The notes under the pieces were generated by a model. That model ran no database searches. It saw nothing but the letters and a program-made list of their open reading frames with translations, and was not told where the DNA came from. Positions 18,567-27,298 of a stretch of DNA of 64,000 nt are shown here, in pieces. A program made the translations under genes and the position numbers. Numbering within the stretch: the first letter of the stretch is position 1; every line of letters begins with the position of its first letter. This DNA is from Candidatus Sigynarchaeum calidifontis (lineage in GTDB: Archaea; Asgardarchaeota; Lokiarchaeia; Sigyniarchaeales; Sigyniarchaeaceae), in assembly GCA_030587475.2 (NCBI GenBank), contig JAUQYZ020000078.1:1-64000 (forward strand). The letters are read 5' to 3'.

Positions 18567-19448
18567 TTGAAGTTCTCGATACTCACGAAGACTGACAAGC
18601 GGATGAGCTTTGTCGTTGAAGGTATCGACGTGGAGACGGCAAACGCCTTGCGGCGAATCATGCTCACGGAAGTACCAGCAATGGCCATCCACGAGGTCTT
18701 GTTCATCGAAAACTCGACCCCGCTCTACGACGAGATCATCGCGCATCGCCTCGGCTTAATTCCCCTCACGACCGATCTCGATAGCTACGTGCTCTCGGAG
18801 CAATGCACGTGCGAGGGCGCGGGTTGCGAACATTGCCAAGTCGGGATCCAATGCAGCGTTGCTGCGAAGGACGCCAACAGAAACGTGTACACGAGCGATC
18901 TCGGTACCAGTGATCCCAAGATCAAGCCCGTGAGCGACAAGATCTTGATCACCAAGATGGCGAAGGGTTCGAAGCTCCTGTTCGAGGCCTACGCCCGCCT
19001 CGGTCTTGGCAAGGATCACGCAAAACATCAGGCAGCTACCAAGGCGACGTACAAGTATTACCCCGAAATAACGATCAATCAAGCGGCGCTCAAGGATTAC
19101 AAGTTCAAGGGTGACAACGAAAACGATCCTCTCGTGAAAATGTGTCCACGTGGCGTTCTCAAGTGGGAAAAAAATGAGCTTGTCGTCAACACGATTGAAT
19201 CGAAGACTACTTCCAAGTCTGACTTGTCGAACTGCAACCTGTGCGAGACGTGCATGAAGATGGTTGGCGTGCCGAAGGGTGCAGTAGTCGTGAAAGCAAT
19301 CCCGGGCAAATTCATCTTTTTCCTGGAATCCTCCGGGGCACTGCCCCCTGAGCGCATACTACTCGAAGCTATCAAGATCTTCCAGGAAAAAGTGAAACGG
19401 TTTGGAAGCCTGGTTACTGAATTGATCGAGAAGCAAGTGATGGTATAA
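18567..19448 (+). CDS. rpoD: DNA-directed RNA polymerase subunit D (Rpo3)
   Basis: ANALRRIMLTEVP, DEIIAHRLGLIPL, GKDHAK, FFLESSG. Start uncertain (TTG 18567, GTG 18558 or ATG 18540). Confidence 0.95.
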   Translation: MKFSILTKTDKRMSFVVEGIDVETANALRRIMLTEVPAMAIHEVLFIENSTPLYDEIIAHRLGLIPLTTDLDSYVLSEQCTCEGAGCEHCQVGIQCSVAAKDANRNVYTSDLGTSDPKIKPVSDKILITKMAKGSKLLFEAYARLGLGKDHAKHQAATKATYKYYPEITINQAALKDYKFKGDNENDPLVKMCPRGVLKWEKNELVVNTIESKTTSKSDLSNCNLCETCMKMVGVPKGAVVVKAIPGKFIFFLESSGALPPERILLEAIKIFQEKVKRFGSLVTELIEKQVMV

Positions 19449-19507
19449 AAGGTGACATCGAGAGCAACGTCAAGAAATGGAACTGAAATCAAGAGATGTG
19501 AAAAATA

Positions 19508-19867
19508 ATGGGACGCCATGTATCAGGACCTACCGACATCAACGTCCGGAAGATTATCAGGCAGCTCGAGAACACGAAAATCCTCGTGTTCAAGGAGATC
19601 GCCTCGATCCTTAAGGGAGCGCGCCGGTCTCGCCCGGAAGCGAACCTGGCACATCTCAACCGGATCGTGAAGGATGGAGATGTCATCGTCGTGCCGGGCA
19701 AAGTGCTCGGCAGCGGAGCGCTGGAGCGTAAAAACGTGACTATCGGTGCTCTGGCCTGGTCCGAGTCGGTAGCTGAAAAAGCGAAGGCGGCGGGCGTAAA
19801 ATTGTTGTCCTTGCCGCAAATACTGGAACAATATCCGAGCGGGGCGAATATACGGCTGGTGAAATGA
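19508..19867 (+). CDS. rpl18e: 50S ribosomal protein L18e
   Basis: RPEANL, VVPGKVLGSG; sits directly after rpoD. Confidence 0.95.
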   Translation: MGRHVSGPTDINVRKIIRQLENTKILVFKEIASILKGARRSRPEANLAHLNRIVKDGDVIVVPGKVLGSGALERKNVTIGALAWSESVAEKAKAAGVKLLSLPQILEQYPSGANIRLVK

Positions 19868-19868
19868 C

Positions 19869-20321
19869 ATGAATCCGGAATACCTATTGATCGATGGCAA
19901 GGACAAGATCCTGGGTCGTCTAGCTGCCCAGGTGGCGAAACTTGCCTTGTTGGGCAAGCACGTGCTTGTCATCAACACAAAAGATATCGTGATCTCGGGA
20001 AACCAGCAATCGATCTTCGACTGGTACATCGAAAAAAGGAACAAGCGAACCCGGACACAACCAAAATGGGGCCCGTTCTTCCACCGCACGCCGGACCAAC
20101 TCTTCCGCCGGACGTGCCGGGGGATGTTGCCCTTCAAGATGCCACACGGCGAGGCAGCATTCAAGCGGATACACGCGTCGATCACGGATGACTATGACAA
20201 GGCGATGCACCGCAAGGTCGTGCCGTACGAGGTGCCCGACGCGGGCAAGGAGCGCTTGAGCCATGATTACATCACGCTCGAGACGCTTGGGAACCGATTT
20301 GGCTGGAAATTGCAAGTTTGA
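19869..20321 (+). CDS. rpl13: 50S ribosomal protein L13
   Basis: ILGRLAA, GPFFHRTP, RGMLP. Confidence 0.95.
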   Translation: MNPEYLLIDGKDKILGRLAAQVAKLALLGKHVLVINTKDIVISGNQQSIFDWYIEKRNKRTRTQPKWGPFFHRTPDQLFRRTCRGMLPFKMPHGEAAFKRIHASITDDYDKAMHRKVVPYEVPDAGKERLSHDYITLETLGNRFGWKLQV

Positions 20322-20337
20322 TCGAGGTTGAAACATC

Positions 20338-20751
20338 GTGTCGAAGAAAAAAGTATATCTTGCAAATGCCAAGCGTAAAACGAGCATCGCGAAAGCATCG
20401 CTCAAGCAAGACGGCACCGGTCGCATCTTGATCAATCACGTTCCCTATACCTTGATCCCGGAGCTCGTTTACAGGGAAAAAATGCAAGAACTCGTGGATC
20501 TCATCGGTTCCGAGAACTTGAAAGACGTGGACATCTCGGTCAACGTCGTTGGTGGCGGGCGGATGAGCCAGATCAGCGCTGCCCGGACCGCGATTGCGCG
20601 CGTGTTCACGGATTACAAGAAAAGCTCTGCTTTGCGCGCCAAGCTCGTGAACTACGACCGAACACTCTTGTCGGGAGACGCGCGGCACACCGAGCCCAAG
20701 AAATATGGCGGTCGCAGCGCCCGATCTCGAAAGCAGAAGTCATATCGGTAA
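20338..20751 (+). CDS. rps9: 30S ribosomal protein S9
   Basis: KRKTSIA, VVGGG, DRTLL..D.R..EPKKYGG..AR...QKSYR. Confidence 0.96.
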   Translation: MSKKKVYLANAKRKTSIAKASLKQDGTGRILINHVPYTLIPELVYREKMQELVDLIGSENLKDVDISVNVVGGGRMSQISAARTAIARVFTDYKKSSALRAKLVNYDRTLLSGDARHTEPKKYGGRSARSRKQKSYR

Positions 20752-20902
20752 TCGTTGAAAATTCCTTTTCTCATAATACTTGGAAATATTCTCGAAATTT
20801 GTTTTCAAAATCTTAATTTTGACTGAAATTATCGCCATCAAATCATTACAAGGTGCTGGCGTGTTTATTTATCCGCGCGACGTGAACTGACATCGATCCA
20901 TT

Positions 20903-22096
20903 ATGCCGAGCAAGATACGAGTGGGTTTCATCGGCACGGGCCGCATCTCGACACTGCACCAGCTCTATTACAAGGAGAGCAAGGATGCTGAGCTCGTGGC
21001 CTTATGCGACAAGAATAAAGGCAATTTGAAAAAACATGCCGAAGAATGGGGCATCAAGCCCGAGAACACATACGAGGACATCAAGGATATGCTCAAGCGG
21101 CCGGATATCGATGCCGTGGAGGTGTTGACACCGCACTCGACGCACCGAGACATCGTTGTCGCAGCATGCGAGGCCGGGAAGCACGTGAGCGTGCAAAAAG
21201 TCCCATGCATGTCCCTGTCTGAATACGATGACATGCAAGCAGCTGCGCGGAAGGCAGGCGTGAAGCTCAAGATCTTCGAAAACTTTCAATTCCACGCGCC
21301 ATACAAAAAAGCGCTGGAAATCATCAATAACACTAGTATCGGTCGTCCAATCTCGGTAAACATTCGCATGTGGGAATCAATCCAGCCTTTATCAGCATGG
21401 GACGTGCCCATCACAGCTTGGAAATGGCGAATCTCTGAAAAGGACAACTTCAAGCTTCCCACGATTTGGGACGACGGCTACCACAAGCACAACATGATAC
21501 ACTTGTTTCTCGGCAAGGATATCGAGTCCGTGCAAGCATGGAAGGGAAAGTTCCGCATCTACAAGCTCCTCCAGATTGACGTGCCCGCCGTCATCACCTA
21601 CAAGACGCGTGGCGCTGAATATGGCACGTGGAACGTGTCGGGCGTGCAACATTTGCCGATCCGTTCCGACTATTACGGCTGCGATGAGGCTGTCGAGATA
21701 ACATGCGAGCGCGGGATCATATGGATCAACGGCTGCACGGGCAACATGTTCGCGTGCTGCAAAGGCGGTCCCGGCGCCCCCGGCGTGCATTGGATGGACG
21801 AGAAGGGCAATTGGAACTCGGACTGCACGATGGAAGCCAATTGGAAATACTCGTTCATGGCCTGCACCCGTGATTTCATCGAGGCAATTGTTAACGACCG
21901 GCCGCCGTACCGATCCGGAAACGACGCGCGGCATGTCTTGCAAGTCGATCTCGCCATTGTTGTATCCCTCCGATCCGGCTCTAGAAATGTCAAAGTCAAC
22001 TCGATCACCGACGGGCTGCCGAGACAACTCGCCGAACAAGAAGAGCCAGAAGAGTACACGGATGCAGCAAGCACGCCATCGAGTACAAGCTCCTAA
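20903..22096 (+). CDS. Gfo/Idh/MocA family NAD(P)-dependent oxidoreductase
   Basis: GFIGTGRI, TPHSTH, GKHVSVQK, DDGYH. Confidence 0.9.
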   Translation: MPSKIRVGFIGTGRISTLHQLYYKESKDAELVALCDKNKGNLKKHAEEWGIKPENTYEDIKDMLKRPDIDAVEVLTPHSTHRDIVVAACEAGKHVSVQKVPCMSLSEYDDMQAAARKAGVKLKIFENFQFHAPYKKALEIINNTSIGRPISVNIRMWESIQPLSAWDVPITAWKWRISEKDNFKLPTIWDDGYHKHNMIHLFLGKDIESVQAWKGKFRIYKLLQIDVPAVITYKTRGAEYGTWNVSGVQHLPIRSDYYGCDEAVEITCERGIIWINGCTGNMFACCKGGPGAPGVHWMDEKGNWNSDCTMEANWKYSFMACTRDFIEAIVNDRPPYRSGNDARHVLQVDLAIVVSLRSGSRNVKVNSITDGLPRQLAEQEEPEEYTDAASTPSSTSS

Positions 22097-22116
22097 TGAA
22101 GGCGAGAACGTGTTGT

Positions 22117-23244
22117 TTATTTTTCTTCTAATATCGGAATGATCTGGCTTTTGAGTGCGTGCAAGGACGTGGAGATTGGAATCACGCCAAAGCTTTCGAG
22201 GACTTTTTCAACTTCATCTGAAAAAATCCTCGCGATGACGAGCGCCTTTGGATTCCTGTCCTTGAGGGTTTTCGCGAGCAATATGACATCGTCGGACTCG
22301 ATAGCGATGATGATCGCTTTACTCTCCCCGTCGAACACGCCGGCCTCTTGCAATATCTTGTAATCCATCGGGTTGCCCCGAAACAGTTTCACGAGCTCCC
22401 TCTCGGTCGCGTCGAGCCTGTTGTAATATTTCACGATGTCGTCGGAATCCGAGATGATGTTATTTGGGATACCCCTTCGGGTGGCGTTCATACTCACGCG
22501 CTCGGCAAAGTGCGAATGACCGATGATGATTATCTCCTTGATCTTTGGATCGGCGAGATGCTCAGCAAACAAGGATTTTGCGGAGGTGGACGATGCACTG
22601 AGGATCGTCGCGCCATATTTCTCGAAGACCGGCGCGAAGTTATCTTGGAAGCATCTCACGGCTATTCGCGCTTTCGATCCGAGGCTCTTCGCGAGCGTGA
22701 CCATTCGCAAGTTGAGCACGATGTCCTCCTCGAGCAAGAACAAGTATTTTGCTTTCTTCAATTGCACTTTCTTCGGGAATTCGTCGTCGAGCGTATCGTA
22801 CAACACCGCCGGTTCCTCGTCCTCGTACAATTCCGTCAGGTCGCTTTTCTGCTTCGAGACGATGATGTTCGGGATTTTTTTTTCGTTCAAGTATTCGTGC
22901 AGCCGGATACCGAGGTGGTCGTATCCGAAGACGATGGCATGGTTTTTTTCCTTGCTCGCGAGGATTTCGCATGTTTTACTTGGATCGTAGTTCCGGAACG
23001 CGTCGACGGTCACCAGGCCGATGAACAGCCCGAACACGACGAACTCGCTGTATTTCGCATAGAAATGGCCGTAATCCGTTTCCAGGTCCTCCAGGTAAAA
23101 GAGATACTTGGCTGCCTGGGAGGGATCCCCGCTCATGGCGAGCAGGACCAGGTAATTCAACACGAACCAGAGCCCGATTAGCACGAGCATGTGCCGGTTT
23201 TGCTTGAGGGTTATCTGGAACTTGACGATAGTTTTTTTCACCAC
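22117..23244 (-). CDS. Two-TM protein with tandem RCK (TrkA-N) domains, K+-channel-like
   Basis: Two hydrophobic helices, then NHAIVFGYDHLG and IIIGHSHFA Rossmann motifs. No TVGYG filter. Confidence 0.75.
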   Translation of the reverse strand: MVKKTIVKFQITLKQNRHMLVLIGLWFVLNYLVLLAMSGDPSQAAKYLFYLEDLETDYGHFYAKYSEFVVFGLFIGLVTVDAFRNYDPSKTCEILASKEKNHAIVFGYDHLGIRLHEYLNEKKIPNIIVSKQKSDLTELYEDEEPAVLYDTLDDEFPKKVQLKKAKYLFLLEEDIVLNLRMVTLAKSLGSKARIAVRCFQDNFAPVFEKYGATILSASSTSAKSLFAEHLADPKIKEIIIIGHSHFAERVSMNATRRGIPNNIISDSDDIVKYYNRLDATERELVKLFRGNPMDYKILQEAGVFDGESKAIIIAIESDDVILLAKTLKDRNPKALVIARIFSDEVEKVLESFGVIPISTSLHALKSQIIPILEEK

Positions 23245-23369
23245 GGTTTTTCTCCTCGTGCGATGCGATTCAAGATAATAACCGGGGCCATCGCGGATAA
23301 ATATTATTTTTATGTTCTATATAGGCACTATATAGACGAAAAAAAAGTGTAGGAAAAAACCCGATCCGG

Positions 23370-26300
23370 TCAAACATTGAAATCGAGTGGATTCTTGCAA
23401 ACCCAGCACGTTTCCTTCTGCTCCGACAAGGCAATGGCACAGCGGATACAGTACTTTGTTTCGCAATAAGGACAAATGAAGGTCGTGGCCTTCAAGCTCG
23501 TGTTACAAACAATGCAAGATTCTTTTTTCTTGAAGACACTTACCTCGCTTTCAGTTTGTGCGTCGACTTCGTGTTTTATGACCTCTTCTTGCCTTGATTC
23601 TTTCTTTTTAGCTGCAATCAAGGGCTGTTGAAGAGCGTTCGAAGGAATTGAAGTGATATTTTCTTCGGCGGTCATGGGTTCCATGACCCTGGCGAGGATG
23701 GCTCGTTTTTCGTCGATCTTTTCCGTGATCGTTTGCGATCCTTTCTGTATTTCTTCATCTAGCGCGTTGTCACCGCTTCTCCCATAGATCATTTTCTTGG
23801 ATTTGAATTTCTTTGTTTTCTGCCCGATTTTCACGGAGAGGACTGCCACCACTGCAATCGCTGCTGCCACCATCACGATGATGAATAGGGGGGAGCTGAG
23901 AGCAGATTTGGGATCGGTCTTCCAGATATTTACCTCATCTTTATCAGAAAACCCATCCCCATCAGTGTCCGGCTTGTCGGCACGTGTTCCCAACAAATAT
24001 TCCTGGAGGTTAGACAATCCGTCGCTATCCAAGTCGCCGCTAGCGTCGGGCGAGGTAACGTTGAGATGGTTCATGACTTCGTATCCGTCGGGGATACCAT
24101 CTCCATCTGTGTCTTTTTTCGTGGGATCGGAACCGTACACGAATATTTCATCATGATTCGCGATCCCGTCCCCGTCGTAATCCGCTGATGGCCGGTAGGC
24201 TGCCCATGGATATACGAGCGGTTGCGGGTCTTGACCGGGCGTGGTACCGTTCAACACGTATGCCACGTTCCAAATACCCCCTATCTTCTCCGCAGTGGGA
24301 TAGCGATCCCGGTAATCGTCCCAGTAATTCCCAAGCGTCCCGTTCGACCACGTGTTGTTTGTACCGAAATATCCCGTGTCGTAGAATGCGTTTGAATCGG
24401 GATTATTGACGAAAGTATTGCAATAAAACTTGTTGTGGGACGTGTTTTGCGAGAGAATTATCCCATAACCGTTATTACTGAACGTATTCTCCGCGATCGT
24501 CATCCACCTTCCATTAAAGCACATGATTCCAGATTCCTTGTTGTATGAGATGTCATTTCCAATCAGCTGGCTACGCCATATCATTGACAAGTAGACCCCG
24601 TACAGACTTGCGCCTCGTACCGTGTTATCCTGGAAAGTTAACTTATCCACTGCCGAAAGGCAAGCGCCTAGTTCCCTGCAATCAAGCAAGTTATTGCTTG
24701 CAATGTAAGAATCGTTGCAGTAATTTACAAATATGCCCCAAAAGCAGCGATTTGCCGTGCTCGTAGTGATCCTACATGCAGTTGAATATTGAAAGTTGAT
24801 TCCCCAGTCACAGTCGGAAAAGTCGCTGGCCGTGATTGTCGTGTTCACGGAGGCCTCTATGGTTATCCCTGAAAGGTGGTTCCCGCTGGCTTTTATCGAG
24901 GCAATACTGGTATTGATGCAATGGTATGCATAAATGCCATGGGAACCACGACTCACGTTCTGGCCAAGCACGCGGGAATTGCTGCAGTTGACCAGGATGA
25001 TCTGGCCCGCGTTGGAGAAGTCGGCTTCGATCAACCCGGATCGATTAACATAATACCGGAGAAATCGCCCGTTTACCGTGTTTGACGTGTTGATGTCGAG
25101 GGTTTTGCATTGGTTGATATCTGCATTCAATACCAGACCGCCGTTTATGAATGCATTGGAAATCAAGACGATGTCGGTGCTATTCTCGATCAAAATACCC
25201 TCGTAACAATTCCGCAGCGTATTCCCTAAGACCGTGCAATTCATCGATGCCTTGATTAAGAGGCCGGCACTCGAGAAATAGCTGAGCGTAGAATTGGACA
25301 CCAAGACATCTTTGCAATAATATATGATGATGCCATTCGACGCGCTGGTGCAATTGATGTTCGAAATCACGGACGAGTTGCAGTTCACAACGATGATTTC
25401 ACCAGCGTTCGTGAAATTCGCCGCGGCGAGGCCATTTTGATCATGATAGTAGTATAATGGCTTGCCATTGACCTCGTTCGTGGTGTCGATCGAATAGGAG
25501 GAAATCTCGCTTCGGCTCCCCGAAATCATGAGGCTTGCGTTAATCATTATATTAGAGACCATCGTCACACCAATCGATGTATCGAGAGAAATGCCGAGAT
25601 ATCCCGTTCCGATCACCTGGTTCGAATCCAGGATGATTCCCCCCGGCGAGCCAATGAGCGATATGCCGAGATAGGTAGAATTTATGACACGGTTTTCCTT
25701 GATTGTGAGGTTATCCGAGTAGAGGATCTGGTTAGCGAGGTAATTATTGACGAACCAGTTTCTTTCTATCGTGGTGTTCGTCTCATCTTGAAGGAGCAGG
25801 CCATTGATACGGTTATCCATGATGTGATTAGACGAGATGTTGTTATCCTCGCAATTAGACCAGAGGTGAATGCCGTTGACGAAGTTTTTCTTGATGGTAT
25901 TATTGTAAACGGTTAAATTCGAAGAGGCGGTAATGTAAATGCCAACATACGAGTTGAACGATATCACGTTATCGGTAAACGTGCAGCGCCGGTTGTTTAG
26001 CATAACTTGTATCCCTCCCGTATTATAGCGGGCGATGCAGTTCCGCACCATGATGTTCGCACATCCTTGCAGTTTTATCCCGGCAGAACCCCACTGGTCC
26101 TGGTATGCTGTGATTACGGTACAATTTTCGATGATCACGTACCTGTCAACGTTCACGAGTCGGATGCAATAATCGCCACCGAACGCCGAGATCTTGAAAT
26201 CCTTTATGCGGTGCGCGGTGGCCGGGGTTAACCCATCAGTGCCGTTGCCACCATTGCCACAAAACGCGTCCATTGCATCGTTGCCTACTATATTTATGGG

Positions 26301-27188
26301 CGTATGCGTGCCGCTAATGTCGTAGACCGGCATCGTGTCAACGGCACCAGCATATCCAAGTATCTCGTAAGGCGTGTTCCAGAGGATACCATCGTTGGTT
26401 GCATTTGGATACCGCGTTGCATAATCGCTGTACCGGTTTCCGATCGGGGAATCCCACACGTTACCCACCCCATCATCCCAAGCTTGAGCAACGATATTTA
26501 ACCCGAAATAATTGAGGGAAACCTTGTTTTCGAACGAGTTGGGATCGATATATATCCCCCGCAAGTTCGACGTGCACGTGTTGAATGAAAAGGTATTTTG
26601 GCTCGATTCCTCCAAAAAGATGCCATGTCGCGTGTTATGCTCGATGCGGTTGCGGCTTACAACCGAAGAGCCCGTATAACGGAACCAAATCCCGTGATAC
26701 ATGTTATCGTGGATGTAATTGTCTTCGATGGTGATCGCTGTCGATAATATGAGCCAGATACCTACCAAGCAGTTATATATCGTGCAATTCTTGATCTTGA
26801 AGTTTTGGCAATTCCATATCTCGATGCCACTGTCGTAATCCGAGATCAAGCTTCCAGAATTGTATAACGTGCAATTTTGGATGATGACATGGTACGAGTT
26901 GACGTTCCGTATCTCGATGCATGAGACGCTGTCGGTACCGTCGATCTGGAAGTTTTGAATGATGAATGGATCGCCCATGGTTCCAGAGCCCGTTTTATTA
27001 GGGAACGAGGCCATGGCTGCATCGCCGTTTATCAGAATTGGATTTAGGGCCGGTGAAGCGCAGATGTGCTTCTCATCCAAACCAGAAAAGCGAGGTCCCG
27101 TGTTATCTTGCTTTATCATCAAGGTACCCGTAATGATCGCCGCAATTACAATGGCCATAATCCTTTTCCTAGTTATTGCCCGCAGCAT
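23370..27188 (-). CDS. Surface beta-helix (NosD/CASH) protein with TSP3-like Ca-binding repeats, TM helix and cytoplasmic C4C4 RING-like finger
   Basis: N-terminal hydrophobic segment, many GIxL...N repeats, four DxDxDG repeats, TM PLFIIVMVAAAIAVVAVLSV, C-terminal Cx2C-x10-Cx2C-x4-Cx2C-x10-Cx2C. Confidence 0.85.
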   Translation of the reverse strand: MLRAITRKRIMAIVIAAIITGTLMIKQDNTGPRFSGLDEKHICASPALNPILINGDAAMASFPNKTGSGTMGDPFIIQNFQIDGTDSVSCIEIRNVNSYHVIIQNCTLYNSGSLISDYDSGIEIWNCQNFKIKNCTIYNCLVGIWLILSTAITIEDNYIHDNMYHGIWFRYTGSSVVSRNRIEHNTRHGIFLEESSQNTFSFNTCTSNLRGIYIDPNSFENKVSLNYFGLNIVAQAWDDGVGNVWDSPIGNRYSDYATRYPNATNDGILWNTPYEILGYAGAVDTMPVYDISGTHTPINIVGNDAMDAFCGNGGNGTDGLTPATAHRIKDFKISAFGGDYCIRLVNVDRYVIIENCTVITAYQDQWGSAGIKLQGCANIMVRNCIARYNTGGIQVMLNNRRCTFTDNVISFNSYVGIYITASSNLTVYNNTIKKNFVNGIHLWSNCEDNNISSNHIMDNRINGLLLQDETNTTIERNWFVNNYLANQILYSDNLTIKENRVINSTYLGISLIGSPGGIILDSNQVIGTGYLGISLDTSIGVTMVSNIMINASLMISGSRSEISSYSIDTTNEVNGKPLYYYHDQNGLAAANFTNAGEIIVVNCNSSVISNINCTSASNGIIIYYCKDVLVSNSTLSYFSSAGLLIKASMNCTVLGNTLRNCYEGILIENSTDIVLISNAFINGGLVLNADINQCKTLDINTSNTVNGRFLRYYVNRSGLIEADFSNAGQIILVNCSNSRVLGQNVSRGSHGIYAYHCINTSIASIKASGNHLSGITIEASVNTTITASDFSDCDWGINFQYSTACRITTSTANRCFWGIFVNYCNDSYIASNNLLDCRELGACLSAVDKLTFQDNTVRGASLYGVYLSMIWRSQLIGNDISYNKESGIMCFNGRWMTIAENTFSNNGYGIILSQNTSHNKFYCNTFVNNPDSNAFYDTGYFGTNNTWSNGTLGNYWDDYRDRYPTAEKIGGIWNVAYVLNGTTPGQDPQPLVYPWAAYRPSADYDGDGIANHDEIFVYGSDPTKKDTDGDGIPDGYEVMNHLNVTSPDASGDLDSDGLSNLQEYLLGTRADKPDTDGDGFSDKDEVNIWKTDPKSALSSPLFIIVMVAAAIAVVAVLSVKIGQKTKKFKSKKMIYGRSGDNALDEEIQKGSQTITEKIDEKRAILARVMEPMTAEENITSIPSNALQQPLIAAKKKESRQEEVIKHEVDAQTESEVSVFKKKESCIVCNTSLKATTFICPYCETKYCIRCAIALSEQKETCWVCKNPLDFNV

Positions 27189-27298
27189 GTCATCTTCGCC
27201 CGATGTATATACTCGTGCCAGCAGCACGCGTTGTCATTCATGTTTAGTACCAATAGCTTTAATATATATATTCACCGGATGGGGTGAATTTGGCTTAT

